The translations under genes were made by a program, and so were the position numbers. Source: Albugo candida (lineage: Eukaryota). Taken from it: DNA of 64,000 bases. Each line of letters starts with the position of its first letter. The stretch's first letter is position 1. This document shows, piece by piece, positions 60,401-64,000 of this stretch. Where the stretch lies: the NCBI GenBank assembly GCA_040437565.1, contig JBDOQK010000022.1, forward strand, positions 1 to 64,000, given 5' to 3'. The notes below the pieces were generated by a model, which was not told where the DNA came from, searched no databases, and saw only the letters and a program-made list of their open reading frames with translations.

Positions 60401-63400
60401 TATTTGATCACTTGGCGCAGCAAATTTCGGAGAATGCACCACCACGAATGGTAAACCTGCCTGCATCAGTTTTATTTCCATACACAATGATGTGTGTCTC
60501 CACANNNNNNNNNNNNNNNNNNNNNNNNNNNNNNNNNNNNNNNNNNNNNNNNNNNNNNNNNNNNNNNNNNNNNNNNNNNNNNNNNNNNNNNNNNNNNNNN
60601 NNNNATGGTAAACCTGCCTGCATCAGTTTTATTTCCATACACAATGATGTGTGTCTCCACATACATCCGAAAAAAAGGAAAGGATAAAAAATCTAAAGAC
60701 GTCCGTCTCCACCTGAACTTCCATGAAATCAATGTACAAATCCGCTTGCTATTTGTTGGCATCCTTGAACACTCATTAATGTTTGGAATGTTATTTTTTG
60801 TAGCACAATGAATTCTTCGTATCAACATAAGAGGAGTACGTTTGGATGGAGAAAAAAATGGGCCGAGTGTGCTGTCCGAGGATACTGTATCAAAAGAGAC
60901 ATTTACCGGCCGTATTGAATTTTTTGCAAGCAAATATCGCGGAGAGGTCACATTACATCTTTTAATTGGCAGAATATACATTCACATGCCGCTGAGAACT
61001 TAATTGGGCTCGAAAAGTATTAAATGATATAAATCACTACTATTCATCAACTTCCATAGATCGAGAAATAGAATCGAAGATTAATCGCATCTCTTCGTTC
61101 CTGAAACAAACGCAATAATTATTCATTCGTTGTAACAATTACTGAATCTGTGCGAGTGTTTCAAAAGCAACAATAGTCGTATCGATCTGCGCAACCTTTC
61201 TTTTTTCGTTCCATAGCTCTTCATTGACAATGCTTTCTTTCTAAGTTAGACAAGACCGATTGATGGATTCAATGTCAAACAGAGACGGTGCGATTAGATA
61301 GATAAGGGGCATCGCAGAACTGTTCTCGCATATTCAGACGCCCCGTTTATCAGAGCTTATCTTAGTCAAATTATGGAAGATAAGATATGGTTTACATAGA
61401 ATAAAAAATGCTCTTTTTTGTGTCTTTTAAGGAATCCGAACGCATAATGAGTAAGTTAAGTCTATATGATGGAGTAGGTGTAATCGAGAACAATCGTTCG
61501 ATACAACTGAAGCCGTCAACATATATAGTTGAGAAATAGGGTACGAGGTCATGTTCGGAAATGTAAACTGCTGAATGCCTCTGATTAGAGAAGACTGGTA
61601 CTTGAGGTACAGCGCCTCACGTCACCAACGTCTTCATAAGAATAATCGATAGCACTTGAAGAATAAGTATCTGTAATAACTGTTGGAAGATCCTGTGCAT
61701 CGACTGCTCAGTAACCGCCGCGGTGAATAGACAGTGACTCTAACGACCGTGAAGATTAGCAAGAAGGAACCAGATCGACTATGAGGAGCGCGGGAGCAAA
61801 ACTGATTTACTGCGAAGGGTCGCAGTGTGCATAATCAGGAACTCCTAACTACATTTTAATACATTTATTCCCCATTCTACTCTGTTGTTAAAACTCGTGC
61901 ATACCTTACTGTTTTCCAACAATAACATGATAGTCTATGCTAGAAATTCTCTTCCATGTTCCAGTGATCTATCTAGGCCCTATTCATTCTATTTACAAAT
62001 CTGCATCTTGGGATGCAAATCGCAATGCTTCGAGGAATTGTCAGCGTGACAGAAAAAATTCAATCTCGTGGGTTTATCATTTTATTCTCCTTACGTGGTG
62101 AGAGCGTAATATTGAACATCGTCCTTAGGTTCCAAGTTTTTTACGAGTGTGTTCTGAAGTCGGTCCCCAACTCCGCTTGTTGGATGATGCCACATGCAAT
62201 GTTTTGTTTCTGTTGTTTGAAAATTATCTGTCAGACCAGGTTTGATGTAGCCAAGCACACGTTATCCACATCTGTTTCCAGTAATTTATTTCACTGATTC
62301 CGCGACCACGTAGTCTATATTTTCTGATGATTTAAGTGTCAAAGTTTTCTATCATGCTAAAAATGATACATGCAAAGCCTCTAAAATAATTTTGGTATTT
62401 CATAAAAATACGTCGCTTCTAACTTGCTTGATGGGATAAGAAACACCGTATGCATAGTACCTAAATTTATCTGAGTATCGAGATATTTTTTGCATAACAC
62501 TTTTCAGCATGCAGTATGATTAACAACATGAGTTCATGTTTCTCTACCTACTAAATACTGTACCTGTTTACTTCTATAAGACTTGATTATGATAGGAAAC
62601 GAGTAATGAGAAGCAATCATAAAGAAATCGTAGTTGGATTTCTGATTCGAGCGTCCGGTCCGCTTTCAGCACATCTAAATTCGGATGCAATGGTTTCGGC
62701 TGAAATCATTTTTTATGATGGGAAAGATTTACTAGACAGATACTGAACAGATCATTTCTATAGACACCAGAAAATATCAGCATGTTAGCTTAGAACTATG
62801 AATATGCGGCATGATTCTGGAAAAGGGAGATTCAAGCGAATTAATTGGATACGAGAATGTAGGAAGTTTACTTCACCTGGGAATTTCCAATAGCTGGCAT
62901 TGTACACAAAGATAAATTAGTTTCCGCTGAATTAACCCTTATCATTTGAAGAAATGACATGGATGAAGCCAGACTAACACGGCAACCTGTGTAATAGTTA
63001 AATTGTCTAGATTCCAAAAGGCTAACTAAATGGCGTTTGTGTGGGCTACAGAAAGCTTGTGTCACCGGGTACGGGATGGATATAAATGTAGCTATGAGAA
63101 ATTTGAATCTACTCGATACAAGATAACATAACGACCCACTCAAGACGATTCAACGAATCTAGTGAGCTATTGCATTTTGTATCATGCGAGTAAATCTTTG
63201 ATCGCTAATTGTTTTAGGAACAAGATGTTTTGTTTGGGAAAACGTTTGATGAAAACTCTACTTATACCGAGAGTTAATTCATCAGAGTAGTACATCTTTA
63301 GATACTAGTGGTTGCACAGTGCTGCCCCCGTGCTAATATTTTACCTCAGGTGTGTGACCGGTACTTACACGTGATGAGATGTACTTATCTCTGATTCTTT

Positions 63401-64000
63401 TTCAAACTTATGCGGCATGATTATCGTGATTGCGGCATACGAAGCTCACAAAGCCTTCTCATACAAAGGGTGTAATTGTCTTGATTACATAAAGAATTCA
63501 CCATTCAGCTATTTCCTGTCAAAACGCAGCAGATACCATTTGATAGCTTTTATCTAATCGATTTCATCGAAACATAGTGAGCATTGCGATTGAATATACA
63601 AAAAGACCGAGAATATTCCGAAGAAATAAAAATATGACTTAGGATCTGACACTTCTCCGCATACACAGAACAGAATATGACATAAAGCTATTATAGGAAC
63701 GTTGTATGCCTCAGCAATCCACAATAATTAAACTACACTTTCCCGCTCTGTCTCACAGAGTCGGCTATCTACTAACTTATTCAACCTTGCATATTTGGCA
63801 ATTTCAGACCTTATTCACATCAAGAGCGTCATACGACCTTTTCGATCGATCAACTAAAACAATCTTGTTACGGCGCTTCTGCAAAGTGTACAGGTATACA
63901 GTGTATAGTGCAATATCATGATCCGATGATCCGAAAGCCGGTTATGAGTTCAGATCTTTGGCGCGGTAGTCTACTAACAGCTCAGCTGAGATTTATTTTT

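Overview
Eukaryotic DNA from a compact oomycete genome, most consistent with the white-rust genus Albugo. This rests on 44-66 nt GT-AG introns, very short intergenic spacers, flagellar genes, GH7 cellulases and CCG/CHxC-type secreted proteins; the taxon is an inference. Two gene-dense housekeeping blocks (about 12-31 kb and 49.7-54.6 kb) alternate with gene-sparse accessory blocks. The accessory blocks hold a decayed L1-like retrotransposon, one intact 577-aa Cys-rich secreted effector-like gene and at least three pseudogenised paralogues of it. There are three GH7 genes. One is a canonical cellobiohydrolase. Two form a divergent subtype that keeps the catalytic triad but lacks the exo-loop and W40, has a rewired cysteine pattern, and shares about 950 bp of highly similar promoter in inverted orientation about 27 kb apart. 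Two spliced genes missing from the ORF track were reconstructed by hand: RPL29 and an 83-aa membrane microprotein. There are fifteen 100-N gaps, most flanked by duplicated sequence that is probably an assembly artefact. All gene calls come from motif recognition by eye; no searches were run.
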